Source: Candidatus Methylomirabilis oxygeniifera
GTDB lineage: Bacteria; Methylomirabilota; Methylomirabilia; Methylomirabilales; Methylomirabilaceae
Direction of reading: 5' to 3'
Length of the DNA stretch: 32,000 nucleotides
NCBI GenBank assembly: GCA_000091165.1
Contig: FP565575.1
Span: forward strand, 660,001 to 692,000
Shown: piece after piece, positions 16,355 to 25,121 of the stretch
Numbering within the stretch: the first letter of the stretch is position 1
How the letters are laid out: each line of letters begins with the position of its first letter
Notes under the pieces: model-generated
What the model was told of the DNA's origin: nothing
Seen by the model: the letters and a program-made list of their open reading frames with translations, nothing else
The model's database searches: none
Position numbers and translations under genes: made by a program

Positions 16355-16912
16355 TTACCTGACCTCAAAACTCGTTCGCATAATAAAATGGGCAAGGCCG
16401 CAGTATTCCATGCACAGGACAGTATATATGCCGGGTTTTTCAAACCGAAAACGCAAGCGATTGACATAACCCGGCATCGCCTGAACCTGAGCGATGATGG
16501 TATGTTCCGGGTCGAAGATGCCGAATCCGTGATTCACATCCCGGCTGGTGACGCGGAACTCTACGAGGGCCCCTACGGGCAGAACAGTGCCGCCTGAAGC
16601 TTCGGCGGGAGCCTTTTCCTTGTCGAGCGATTCATCGGACAGGATAAAGGCAAACTGCTGTGCCGTCACGGCGATGATTTTTTCCGGCCGTTCTTGGACA
16701 AACAGCAGATAGGGAGAGCGGGGCAGGGTGAAAAAGAACACCACACCAAGGATGATAGCAAGCGCGAGAAACCAAAGACCCCGGTAGCGATTGACCTGTG
16801 CAGACGCAATGTCGGTCGCGTGTTTTGTGCTGGCAAACACCATCTGAAAGACCAGCACAAGCACGCCGGTCACAACCAGAAAGCTGATCAGAACAAGAAC
16901 CTGCTGCGTCAT
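16355..16912 (-). CDS. Heme-copper oxidase subunit II with a complete CuA centre
   Basis: 185 aa with two N-terminal TM helices. DVNH128GF ... C167MEYC171GLAH175FIM178 matches the canonical H...CxExCGxxHxxM. An AAGGAG-containing 12-nt gap separates it from subunit I. Confidence 0.85.
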   Translation of the reverse strand: MTQQVLVLISFLVVTGVLVLVFQMVFASTKHATDIASAQVNRYRGLWFLALAIILGVVFFFTLPRSPYLLFVQERPEKIIAVTAQQFAFILSDESLDKEKAPAEASGGTVLPVGALVEFRVTSRDVNHGFGIFDPEHTIIAQVQAMPGYVNRLRFRFEKPGIYTVLCMEYCGLAHFIMRTSFEVR

Positions 16913-17299
16913 GCCTGTCTCCTGGCTTGGAGCGAGGTGTCATCGATCGTCAGGTGCAACATACCGTCGGACAAGTCGGTCCTGGCCAGGGTGAGTGCTA
17001 CGTGCTGGTCACAGATTGCGGCGACCCGGCGGCGCTCCCCCTGGTTCCTCGGCCGTGTGCAGGCGGTACGGGGTATCTACACAAAAATGGCGAGGGGAGG
17101 GGCTGGTACGTCGAGGCCACATCTCGCATATACCTGGGGAGGCGATGCCCAATGCCGTCTCGAACTGCTTTGCGGCCATGGTTACCTTTCTTGTTCGGCG
17201 GGGTGAAAACAAAGGCAAGCATATCATAGCCCCATACGATGCAAAAGAGGCAAAATAGGCCCAAACAGGATAAACAGGTAGTAGCCGGTTGAAACGGAA

Positions 17300-18214
17300 T
17301 CAGGGATGATGGGAATCGTGAGGACGGGTGGAGACGCCGAGAAAGGTGAGGAAGGCGTTACAGATCGGTGAGCGTGAGCGGTGGCGGTGAGTGATGAGGT
17401 AGAAAGGTCTGGTCAGCTTGAGACCTGCGATAGGAATGGCGTAGAGTTCGCGGCAGTTGATGTCGCTTGCGACGGCGAGCCGCGAGATGATGGCGATACC
17501 TCCGCCTGCCTTGACCGCTTGCCGGATCGCCTCATTGCTGCCCATCTCCCCGATTATCTTGAAGGCGCCGATCGACAAATTACGACGCTCCAGGGCCCGT
17601 TCCAGCATCTTACGTGTTCCTGATCCGCGCTCCCGAATGAGAAACGGCTGACTCGGCAGTTCCTTTGCCCTGACGCTCTTCCGAGATGCCCATGGGTGTG
17701 CAGGCGGCACGACCAGGACCATCTCGTCTTCGGCAAATGTCTGATACTCGATCCTGCTGTCATCGAATTGTGCGCCTACGGCGCCGATCTCATAGGCGCC
17801 GTCGATCACGGCCTCGATAATCTCCTTTGAGTCTGAGACCTTGAGGACGATCGAGATGTCCGAATAGCGGGCCCTGAATGGTCCGATCAGCGGCGGGAGC
17901 AGATAGCCGCCCGGGATGCTGCTGGCGCCGAGTATCAGTTCTCCCTTCAGCCCTCCCTTGAACTCATCGAGCGCCTGTTGGGCTTCCTGGCGGAGCGTCA
18001 GGATCCGCCTGGCATAGCGATACAGCAAGTTGCCGGCCTTTGTTGGGGTGGCCCGATGTCCGAGGCGATCGAGGAGCCGGATGCCGACGTCCTTCTCGAG
18101 CTTCTTGATGTGGCCGCTGACCGTGGGCTGGGTCAGGTACATCGCGTCGGCCGCCTTCGAGAAGCTCCCCGATTCGACGATTCTGCAGAACAGTTCGAGG
18201 ACGTGGAGATCCAT
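17300..18214 (-). CDS. LysR-family transcriptional regulator
   Basis: Internal ATG 18214 gives MDLHVLELFCRIVESGSFSKAADAMYLTQPTVSGHIKKLEKDVGIRLLDR (HTH) plus a LysR substrate-binding domain. The 44 codons upstream in ORF 17300-18346 overlap the glycosyltransferase and are Arg/Ser-rich. Confidence 0.85.
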   Translation of the reverse strand: MDLHVLELFCRIVESGSFSKAADAMYLTQPTVSGHIKKLEKDVGIRLLDRLGHRATPTKAGNLLYRYARRILTLRQEAQQALDEFKGGLKGELILGASSIPGGYLLPPLIGPFRARYSDISIVLKVSDSKEIIEAVIDGAYEIGAVGAQFDDSRIEYQTFAEDEMVLVVPPAHPWASRKSVRAKELPSQPFLIRERGSGTRKMLERALERRNLSIGAFKIIGEMGSNEAIRQAVKAGGGIAIISRLAVASDINCRELYAIPIAGLKLTRPFYLITHRHRSRSPICNAFLTFLGVSTRPHDSHHP

Positions 18215-18224
18215 GATGTGTCTT

Positions 18225-19271
18225 CTACTCGCTGCGAGAGCAGGCGCCGATTGCTTCCTGATACAGTTGGAGATAGGCGCGAATCTCTCCTTCTCGGGAA
18301 AACTCCCGCTCGATCTTCTCCTTTCCGTTCTTCCCGAGCGCGTCACGCAGGTCCGGCTCCCTGATCAGTCGCTCGGCCTGCCGGGTGAACTCCGCCTCCG
18401 AACTGAAGAGCAGCCCGTCGATCCCGTCTTGTACCACTGATCGGTTGCCCTCGATGTCCGAGGCCAGGACCGCTCGTCCGCAACTCATCGCCTCCAGGAT
18501 ACTGTTGGCCATACCGCCTTCGGAGAGCGACGAGTTGATCACGACATCGACGGATCCGAGCATAGCGCAAAGCTGTTCGTGAGGGACCGACCCCAGATAG
18601 AAGGCCCAGGGGTAGTCCCGCAAGGTTTCCTGTAATCGGGCTCCTTCGGCAGCCTCAATAATCGGTCCCACGAAGACGGCCTTGATCTGAGGGTACTGTA
18701 TTCTGAGCGCGTCGAGCGGCTTCAGGCAGAAGGTAACGTTTTTCACGCGCCGGATACCTGCCGGGATGAGAAAGATCAGGTCATCGTGCGTCAGACCCAG
18801 GTGGCGTCGGAGATCGAGCGACGTCTCCCGACAGCGAACCGTCTGACCGATCACCCGGATTCGGTGTGCTATCTCGGGCAGTTCGCCCACGAGTTTGGCC
18901 CGTATGCAGTCATGAAAGACGACGATGCGCGTTGCCCGTCGAAGGAAATCTATGATCTCCGGTCTTCGATGCGGATCGAAGAGATCGGCATTGACATCGG
19001 TTCCGGTCACGGTAAGGATCGAGGGGATGCCCAGCCGGAATGCGGCGTCCGTTACGATATGCCCTGATGAGCTGATATGGAATCCATGGACTAGATCGGG
19101 AGTGAAGGCGGCCAGCGCCCGAAGAATCTCGTCCGGCGAGGGGCCATCCTCCAGGGACCAGACCCGCACGGTCACGCCGTGATCCCGCAATCCTGATTCG
19201 ATACGCTGAACTGTGATCGAATTGCCACGAACGGACGGAACATAGAAGGGAGTGACAATACCCAGTCGCAT
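18225..19271 (-). CDS. GT4-family (GT-B fold) glycosyltransferase
   Basis: Real start is MRLGIVTPFYVPSVRGNSITV at ATG 19271 (GAGGAG upstream), 8 nt after the asmA stop. C-terminal motif SLSEGGMANSILEAMSCGRAVLASDIEGNRSVVQDGIDGLLF. The upstream 249 codons of ORF 18225-20018 overlap asmA out of frame. Confidence 0.85.
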   Translation of the reverse strand: MRLGIVTPFYVPSVRGNSITVQRIESGLRDHGVTVRVWSLEDGPSPDEILRALAAFTPDLVHGFHISSSGHIVTDAAFRLGIPSILTVTGTDVNADLFDPHRRPEIIDFLRRATRIVVFHDCIRAKLVGELPEIAHRIRVIGQTVRCRETSLDLRRHLGLTHDDLIFLIPAGIRRVKNVTFCLKPLDALRIQYPQIKAVFVGPIIEAAEGARLQETLRDYPWAFYLGSVPHEQLCAMLGSVDVVINSSLSEGGMANSILEAMSCGRAVLASDIEGNRSVVQDGIDGLLFSSEAEFTRQAERLIREPDLRDALGKNGKEKIEREFSREGEIRAYLQLYQEAIGACSRSE

Positions 19272-19279
19272 CGGTCTCC

Positions 19280-21289
19280 TCAACGGCTGAAGAGTTGTTG
19301 CAGCATCTTCCCGATCTCCTTCTTCCCATCCTTTCCCAGGAGTTTGCCGACTTCCGTTTTGATGCGTCCCTCGATACTGCCTGCTTGCGGAGTGACCACC
19401 GGGTCGGACGAGGTTCCCTGTAGCTTGGCCTCGAGCGTTGTTTTCGCTATCTTGGCCTTCACGTCGAAATCCATGGTCTGATTGAGCAGATTGAAACTTC
19501 CGGCAGCATAGAGCTTCGCCCCGTCCCGAAGCAGCGTGAGATCTCTGGTTCGTAGGATCCCACCGTCGAGGGTCCAATGGGCGCTGAGGCGGTCGAACTC
19601 GTTCAGGGTCGGAGCATTGATGCCTAACCCCTTCAGAACAGGATCCGCAGTTTTGGAGAGCTGTTCCAGCGGCGCATAGCCGGTCACGCGTCCGTTCGTG
19701 ACGGCGATGTCGGTTTGACCCGTGACCTTGGCGAGCGCCCCAGGTCCCAGTTGTCCGGACAGCTCCATCTTCGAGTCCAGCGCCATCGTTCCGCGCAAGG
19801 TCCACCGTGGCTCCTGGATCGCTCCCAGCAATGGTTCGGTCTGAACCCCTTCCAGATGCGTCGTGACCGTTGTGCGAGATGTCGGCCCGCGCCAGTCGAG
19901 GGCAGCATCGCCGGAAACGGTTCCGCCATAGAGACCGCCTTGGAGCCGACGAATCGTGAGGAGTCGGCAACAGTAGTGAACATCGCTTTCCGCAGTCGTC
20001 AGGATCACCTTCCCCCAACGAAGGACGCCGGAACGCAGGTGTCCCTCAACCTGGAGCCTACCGACTTCTGGGGAGTGTTGGGCGCGACCCCCCCCCATCC
20101 CCCCTTTATCAAAGGGGGGTACAGGGGGATTTGAAATACGAGGTGAGGCGTGAGGGGTAGCGGAGGGGTTCGCCTCGATGCCTGCTGCGGCCACGAATGC
20201 CACAATCGGTTCGAGAGACAGTTCCGGCGTATTCAGCCAAAACTGGAGGCGAGGCGACTGCTGGGTTGCAAGGTGGAGACGTCCCGCAATTGTTTGGCCC
20301 TTCCAGAGCAGATTTATATCAGAAAGGTCGAGCTGACCGCCCTCCCATCGTCCCTTTGCGTGCAGCCGTGCTTTGTCGCCTGGCGCCTTACCCATTTCCT
20401 TTGCAAGCGTTACGCCGAGGCGTTGCAGGTCGACGTCGGTGTCAAGGTCAAGGCGCGGCCATTCGCCGACGGCCTTCCCCTCGACATCGAGGGTGCCGGC
20501 AAACGCCGCGGCCGCGCCGCCCGATAGCCCTATAGCCGATGCCAGTTGCGCCGCATCGAGGCCTCGTACGCGAAGTTCTACCTCAATCGGTATACGATTC
20601 CCTTCAGCGCGTTGTACGCTCCCGGTAAGTTCAAACGAGCCGGATGTCTCGCCGGGCAACTGTCCGTCGGCCTGGAAGCGGAGAGGATGAGGGGAACGCG
20701 TGGCCGGGATGTCCATGTTGATATCCTGAAACTCCAGGGTAACCGGTCCATACGGATGGAGGGGATTGTCGACGACGAGGGCCCCATGGCGGATGGCCAA
20801 GGTTCCTGCCAACAAGACCGGCAGGGCAGGTTGTCCTCTGGCCGCTCTCGTCCCTTCGGTGTGGTGCGGTTCGACCGTCGCGCCTCGCGCAGCCGGCCGA
20901 ATCAAGTCATCGAGATTCCACCCGTCCGGTCCCTTGGCCAGCCTGATGCGTGGCCTATCGATGCGGATATTCCCAATCTGAATATCGCCCTTGAGGAGCG
21001 GAAGCAGCTTGAGCGACACATGCAGTTGCTCCGCGTCTACGAACGGTTCAGACCACGGGGCGCGATCGGCAATCACCACGTTCCGGATGGTCACCTCCGG
21101 CGACGGCAGGAGATGTACTCGCAGGCCGGTCGCGGTGACGTTGCGGTTCAAGAGCTGGCTGACTCGGCCGATGAGGATGCCTCGATACCGCTCCTGGTCC
21201 AGCAGAAGCGGACCGGCGAGGAGGAGTGCGACGATCCCACCTAAGACCAGGAGTAACCCGAGGAGCCGACGCTGCCCGCGTCTCGTCAC
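19280..21289 (-). CDS. asmA: AsmA-family outer-membrane biogenesis protein
   Basis: 669 aa. N-terminal anchor RRLLGLLLVLGGIVALLLAG. AsmA N-domain pattern (LHVSLKLLPLLKGDIQIGNIRIDRPRIRLAKGPDGWNLDDL) and C-terminal pattern (FDRLSAHWTLDGGILRTRDLTLLRDGAKLYAAGSFNL). The GTG start overlaps the gatB stop (GTGA). Confidence 0.75.
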   Translation of the reverse strand: MTRRGQRRLLGLLLVLGGIVALLLAGPLLLDQERYRGILIGRVSQLLNRNVTATGLRVHLLPSPEVTIRNVVIADRAPWSEPFVDAEQLHVSLKLLPLLKGDIQIGNIRIDRPRIRLAKGPDGWNLDDLIRPAARGATVEPHHTEGTRAARGQPALPVLLAGTLAIRHGALVVDNPLHPYGPVTLEFQDINMDIPATRSPHPLRFQADGQLPGETSGSFELTGSVQRAEGNRIPIEVELRVRGLDAAQLASAIGLSGGAAAAFAGTLDVEGKAVGEWPRLDLDTDVDLQRLGVTLAKEMGKAPGDKARLHAKGRWEGGQLDLSDINLLWKGQTIAGRLHLATQQSPRLQFWLNTPELSLEPIVAFVAAAGIEANPSATPHASPRISNPPVPPFDKGGMGGGRAQHSPEVGRLQVEGHLRSGVLRWGKVILTTAESDVHYCCRLLTIRRLQGGLYGGTVSGDAALDWRGPTSRTTVTTHLEGVQTEPLLGAIQEPRWTLRGTMALDSKMELSGQLGPGALAKVTGQTDIAVTNGRVTGYAPLEQLSKTADPVLKGLGINAPTLNEFDRLSAHWTLDGGILRTRDLTLLRDGAKLYAAGSFNLLNQTMDFDVKAKIAKTTLEAKLQGTSSDPVVTPQAGSIEGRIKTEVGKLLGKDGKKEIGKMLQQLFSR
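20088..20119. repeat. C9 tract plus a perfect palindrome CCCCCCTTT-ATC-AAAGGGGGG embedded in frame in asmA
   Basis: Read directly: C9 at 20088-20096 and the palindrome at 20099-20119. It encodes ..NPPVPPFDKGGMGGGRA.. within asmA. Confidence 0.7.
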
Positions 21290-22779
21290 CCGTCCCCTCC
21301 GGTTTCTTCACTATTGAGTCGCGCCAGCAGTAACTCGCGCGCCACCGGTGGGTTGGCCTTGCCGCGACTTGACTTCATCACCATGCCGATCAGGAAGGTC
21401 AGGCTTTGCACCTTTCCTTTCCGGTAGTCGGCGACCGGCCCGGGGTGTGCGGCAAGCACCTCCTCAACGATCCGGCGCAGCTCATCCTGATCGGAGATCT
21501 GAGTCAGTCCTTGCTCTTTGACGATCAGCTCAGCCGATTTCCCGGTCTGATACATCTGTTCGAAAACCGTCTTGGCGATCTTGCCGCTGATGGTTCCGCC
21601 ATGCAGCAGCGCGAGCAGGGCAGTCAGTTCCGTCGGCGAGATCGGGCTGTCGGCAATGTCCCGACCGTCTTTATTCAAATGGCCCAAAAGCTCCACCATC
21701 ACCCAGTTGCTGGCGACCTTCGAATCGCGCGAGGTCCGTGCGACCTTCTCGTAATAGTCGGCCAGTGACTTCGATGCCGTCAGTACGGCGGCATCGTAGT
21801 CCGGGATCCCGTACTCTTCGACAAACCGGGCGCGACGTTGCTGTGGCAGTTCCGGTAGTGTGGTGCGGATCTCATCGATCCACTGACGCGAGGCGGCCAA
21901 CGGGACCAGGTCAGGCTCGAGGAAGTAACGATAGTCATGCGCGTGCTCCTTGCTTCGCATCGACAACGTCACCTCCTGGTCGGCGTCCCATAACCGTGTC
22001 TCCTGGACGATCCTTCCGCCTTCTTGAAGGACCTGTGTCTGTCGCTGAATCTCATAGGCCAGAGCCCTCTGGACGCTCTTGAAGGAGTTCATGTTCTTGA
22101 CCTCAGCCTTGACCCCCAGCTCTTCGCTGCCGGCGTGCCGCAGGGAGACGTTGGCGTCACAACGCAGGCTGCCTTCCTCCATGTTGCCGTCGCATACGTT
22201 CAGGTATACGAGGATGGCCCGAAGCTGCCGGAGGTACTCGGCGGCCTCCTCCGGGCTGCGGATATCGGGCTCGCTGACGATCTCCATCAACGGCACGCCG
22301 CTGCGGTTAAAGTCCACCAGACTATAGTCGGCCGCCTGGAGCGTTCCGGCGTGCAGCAGTTTGCCGACGTCCTCTTCGAGATGGAGGCGATGGATGCGGA
22401 CGCGCCTGGCCGTTCCGTCGACAGGGAATTCCATGGACCCTCGCCATGCGAGTGGAAGCTCATACTGCGAGATTTGATAGTTCTTCGGCATGTCGGGGTA
22501 GAAGTAATTCTTCCGGTGGAAGCGGCAGACGGGAGTGACGTCGCACCCTAAGGCGAGCGCGGTCTTGATGGCGAACTCCACCACTCGTCTGTTCAGGACC
22601 GGCAATGCGCCAGGCATTCCCAGGCAGACGGGACAGGTCTGACTATTCGGCGGCGCGCCGAAGGCGGCGCTGCAGCCACAGAAGATTTTGGATCTGGTCA
22701 GGAGCTGGGCATGTACCTCCAGCCCGATGACCGCCTCGTATTCAGTATTCAGTGTTGAGTGCTGAGTGTTGAGCTCCAT
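21286..22779 (-). CDS. gatB: Asp-tRNA(Asn)/Glu-tRNA(Gln) amidotransferase subunit B
   Basis: 497 aa. YEAVIGLEVHAQL, CGCSAAFGAPPNSQTCPVCLGMPGALPVLN and C-terminal GatB/YqeY domain motifs. Confidence 0.95.
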   Translation of the reverse strand: MELNTQHSTLNTEYEAVIGLEVHAQLLTRSKIFCGCSAAFGAPPNSQTCPVCLGMPGALPVLNRRVVEFAIKTALALGCDVTPVCRFHRKNYFYPDMPKNYQISQYELPLAWRGSMEFPVDGTARRVRIHRLHLEEDVGKLLHAGTLQAADYSLVDFNRSGVPLMEIVSEPDIRSPEEAAEYLRQLRAILVYLNVCDGNMEEGSLRCDANVSLRHAGSEELGVKAEVKNMNSFKSVQRALAYEIQRQTQVLQEGGRIVQETRLWDADQEVTLSMRSKEHAHDYRYFLEPDLVPLAASRQWIDEIRTTLPELPQQRRARFVEEYGIPDYDAAVLTASKSLADYYEKVARTSRDSKVASNWVMVELLGHLNKDGRDIADSPISPTELTALLALLHGGTISGKIAKTVFEQMYQTGKSAELIVKEQGLTQISDQDELRRIVEEVLAAHPGPVADYRKGKVQSLTFLIGMVMKSSRGKANPPVARELLLARLNSEETGGDG

Positions 22780-22793
22780 GTTTCGATTCCTTG

Positions 22794-23237
22794 CTATGTC
22801 AGAGGCCGGATTGACTCGAGAAAGTCAACGTACTCATCGGATAATCCATGTTCCTCGGCGCCGCTGGTCAACAACTGCTTATACCGTTTTGAGGGAGGCG
22901 TCTCACGGCCCGGATTCGCCATGATGTATGCAAACACCGTGATCGCCTTGCCTGCGCGACCCCGCACCTGAAGCTCTTTGTGAAGATAGAGAGTGGGGTA
23001 TCCTTCGTATTCGTCCAACACCTTTCGCTCCGCCTCGCTGATCTCCCACACCACGCCTTCGACCGCTTTGCCGGGCCGCTCGCGAATATCCGCGATGCCG
23101 CCGCCCCACATCGGGGAGTTCCCGAAGAAGGCGAGCTCATAGTCCGCGAGGACGGCCGCTGAGACAAACTTTGCTTTTGGGCAGAGCCGCTTGAGCTGAA
23201 AGCGCTCCATGTTCGAACCATAGGCGAAGTAGAACAT
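22794..23237 (-). CDS. Gamma-glutamylcyclotransferase-like (AIG2/GGCT fold) protein
   Basis: 147 aa. MFYFAYGSNM ... VEGVVWEI ... LDEYEGYP pattern. Confidence 0.8.
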   Translation of the reverse strand: MFYFAYGSNMERFQLKRLCPKAKFVSAAVLADYELAFFGNSPMWGGGIADIRERPGKAVEGVVWEISEAERKVLDEYEGYPTLYLHKELQVRGRAGKAITVFAYIMANPGRETPPSKRYKQLLTSGAEEHGLSDEYVDFLESIRPLT

Positions 23238-23241
23238 CCGA

Positions 23242-23655
23242 CTAGCGTCCTCCGGAACGAGTCCGACTTATCGCGCGCCAGACGGCGTGAGGCTCGAACG
23301 TAAACGATGTTGCTGTACGGTGCTGCTCGGCGATCTCGACCTCGAAAGGCGCTTCCTGGCCCGCATCAAGGGGTAGAAGCTTAACCGTTTGCCGGCCCAG
23401 TTCCCGCCGGGAGGCGGACTTCCGCTTGTGCGGTGTGGCCTGGTTGGCCGCCTCGCCGAAGAACCGGACAACAATGACGATCTCTTCAGCCCGATCGGCG
23501 CTCATGTTTTTGACTGTGCCCTTGAGGGTGTCGATCCAGCGTTCCGAGTTGAGGATCACCAGCTCTTTGGCTTCGGCTGATGCCGCGTACGGCAGCAGGC
23601 TGGCTGCCAGAACGAGCGCCATCACGAAGAGTCGGTCTACCGCCGTTCGCGCCAT
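23242..23655 (-). CDS. Secreted hypothetical protein
   Basis: Internal Met16 of ORF 23242-23700 gives MARTAVDRLFVMALVLAASLLPYAASAEA (Sec signal) and begins 1 nt after the gatA stop. No recognised domain. Confidence 0.55.
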   Translation of the reverse strand: MARTAVDRLFVMALVLAASLLPYAASAEAKELVILNSERWIDTLKGTVKNMSADRAEEIVIVVRFFGEAANQATPHKRKSASRRELGRQTVKLLPLDAGQEAPFEVEIAEQHRTATSFTFEPHAVWRAISRTRSGGR

Positions 23656-23656
23656 G

Positions 23657-25117
23657 TCATACTGGAGGCCGGCGGCGGTGCCAGCCGGTCGCCTGCTCAT
23701 AGGCGTGTGCCACCTTCAGGATCGTCGCCTCGTCGAACGGCTTGCCGATCAGTTGCAGCCCGATCGGCAGTCCCGCTTTCGTGAACCCACACGGAATCGA
23801 GATACCGGGCAGGCCTGCCAGGTTGACCGAGATCGTGAAGATATCCGAGAGGTACATCTGGAGCGGATCGTCCATCTTCTCGCCGAACCTGAACGGCGGC
23901 GTCGGCGAGGTGGGCGTCACGATCACCTCACACGTCTCGAAGGCCCGTTCGAAATCACGGCGGATCAGCGTCCGGACTTTCTGGGCCTTGAGGTAGTAGG
24001 CATCGTAATACCCGGCCGACAGCGCATAGGTCCCGAGCATAATCCGACGCTTGACCTCAGGCCCGAACCCCTCTCGCCGACTCAGTTGGTACATCTCCAG
24101 CAGGTCGGCCGGCTTTGAGGTTCGATAGCCGTATCTGACCCCGTCGTAACGGGCCAGGTTGCTGCTGGCCTCGGCGGTCGCCACCAGGTAGTAGGTCGCG
24201 ATAGCATACGGGGTGTGGGGAAGCGAGACCTTTTCCTGTCTTCCGCCCAGTTCCTCCAGCGTTCGAATTGCCGTCCAGACAGCCGCTTCGACCTCCGGGT
24301 CCATCCCCTCGACAAAATAGTCGTCGGGAATCCCGATGCGCACCCCCCGAACGTCTCCGGTCAGGGCGGCGCCATAATCGGGAACCGGCAGGTCCGCTGA
24401 GGTCGAATCGTGGGGGTCGTGGCCGGCGATGGCGTGCAGCATCATGGCGCAATCGCGAATATCCTTCGTAAACGGCCCGATCTGATCGAGAGATGAGGCG
24501 AAGGCCACCAGGCCGTACCTGGAGACCCGGCCGTAGGTCGGCTTCAATCCGGCAATGCCGCAGAAACTGGCCGGCTGCCGGATCGATCCCCCCGTGTCGG
24601 TTCCGAGCGAGGCGGCACAGAGGTCCGCCGCCACGGCGGCGGCAGAGCCGCCGGAGGAGCCGCCGGGGACATAGTCGAGCGCCCAGGGATTGCGCGTTCG
24701 GAAGAAGGCAGAGTTCTCCGTCGAGGAGCCCATGGCGAACTCGTCCATGTTGGTTTTGCCGAGCAGGATCGCCTCTTGCGCTTTGAGGCGCCGGATCACC
24801 GTGGCATCGTAGGGCGGCACGTACGGTTCCAGGATCTTCGACGCGCAGGTGGTCCGTACGCCCTCTGTGCAGATGACATCCTTAATCGCCAGCGGGATCC
24901 CGGCCAACGGTGGGAGCGGTGTACCGGCGGCGCGCAACCGATCGACGGTCTCAGCCTGCTTGAGAGCCGCCTCCTCAGTCACGGCGGTGTACGCCTTGAT
25001 CTGTCCGTCGAGACGCCCGATCCGATCGAGTACCGAGCGGACAAGTTCGACAGCGCTGATCTCGCGCCTTGCGAGCAACTCCTGCATGTCGTGGATGGTA
25101 AATTGGGTGAGGTCCAC
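23657..25117 (-). CDS. gatA: Glu-tRNA(Gln) amidotransferase subunit A (amidase signature family)
   Basis: GTG 25117 is preceded by GGAGGAG, 4 nt after the gatC stop. [25 protein letters not shown]..., [12 protein letters not shown] and [13 protein letters not shown] amidase signature. The upstream part of ORF 23657-25219 overlaps gatC. Confidence 0.95.
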   Translation of the reverse strand: MDLTQFTIHDMQELLARREISAVELVRSVLDRIGRLDGQIKAYTAVTEEAALKQAETVDRLRAAGTPLPPLAGIPLAIKDVICTEGVRTTCASKILEPYVPPYDATVIRRLKAQEAILLGKTNMDEFAMGSSTENSAFFRTRNPWALDYVPGGSSGGSAAAVAADLCAASLGTDTGGSIRQPASFCGIAGLKPTYGRVSRYGLVAFASSLDQIGPFTKDIRDCAMMLHAIAGHDPHDSTSADLPVPDYGAALTGDVRGVRIGIPDDYFVEGMDPEVEAAVWTAIRTLEELGGRQEKVSLPHTPYAIATYYLVATAEASSNLARYDGVRYGYRTSKPADLLEMYQLSRREGFGPEVKRRIMLGTYALSAGYYDAYYLKAQKVRTLIRRDFERAFETCEVIVTPTSPTPPFRFGEKMDDPLQMYLSDIFTISVNLAGLPGISIPCGFTKAGLPIGLQLIGKPFDEATILKVAHAYEQATGWHRRRPPV

Positions 25118-25121
25118 CGTA

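Noticed and set aside
16913-17299. Promoter or LysR box upstream of the oxidase operon (TTGCCT-19-TATGAT; ATCGTAT..CTATGAT)
   Set aside because: The spacer is too long and the dyad is imperfect (5/7), so I could not support a specific site. Only the GTTACCTTTCTTG motif at 17181 is reported.
18225-20018. Full 597-aa ORF as a single protein
   Set aside because: The N-terminal 249 codons overlap asmA out of frame and are Arg/Gly-rich. Glycosyltransferase homology starts at Met 19271, which has its own SD.
19715-21317. Plus-strand ORFs antisense to asmA (19715-20134, 20150-20535, 20546-21244, 20991-21317 and others)
   Set aside because: Shadow ORFs opposite a gene with AsmA N- and C-terminal family patterns.
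22735-22779. Short tandem repeats at the gatB 5' end (ACTGAAT ACTGAAT; LNTQHSTLNTEY)
   Set aside because: There are only two to three short, imperfect copies inside a plausible N-terminal extension, with no evidence of function or variability.
23640-23941. Apparent 1-nt disagreement between my hand translation of the displayed sequence and the ORF track (an extra c at about 23641 and a missing a at about 23940)
   Set aside because: It is most likely my own reading or indexing error, since the lengths of three ORFs (23242-23700, 23426-24118 and 23742-23996) are internally consistent in the track. I used track coordinates here and report no frameshift. A raw-read check would settle it.
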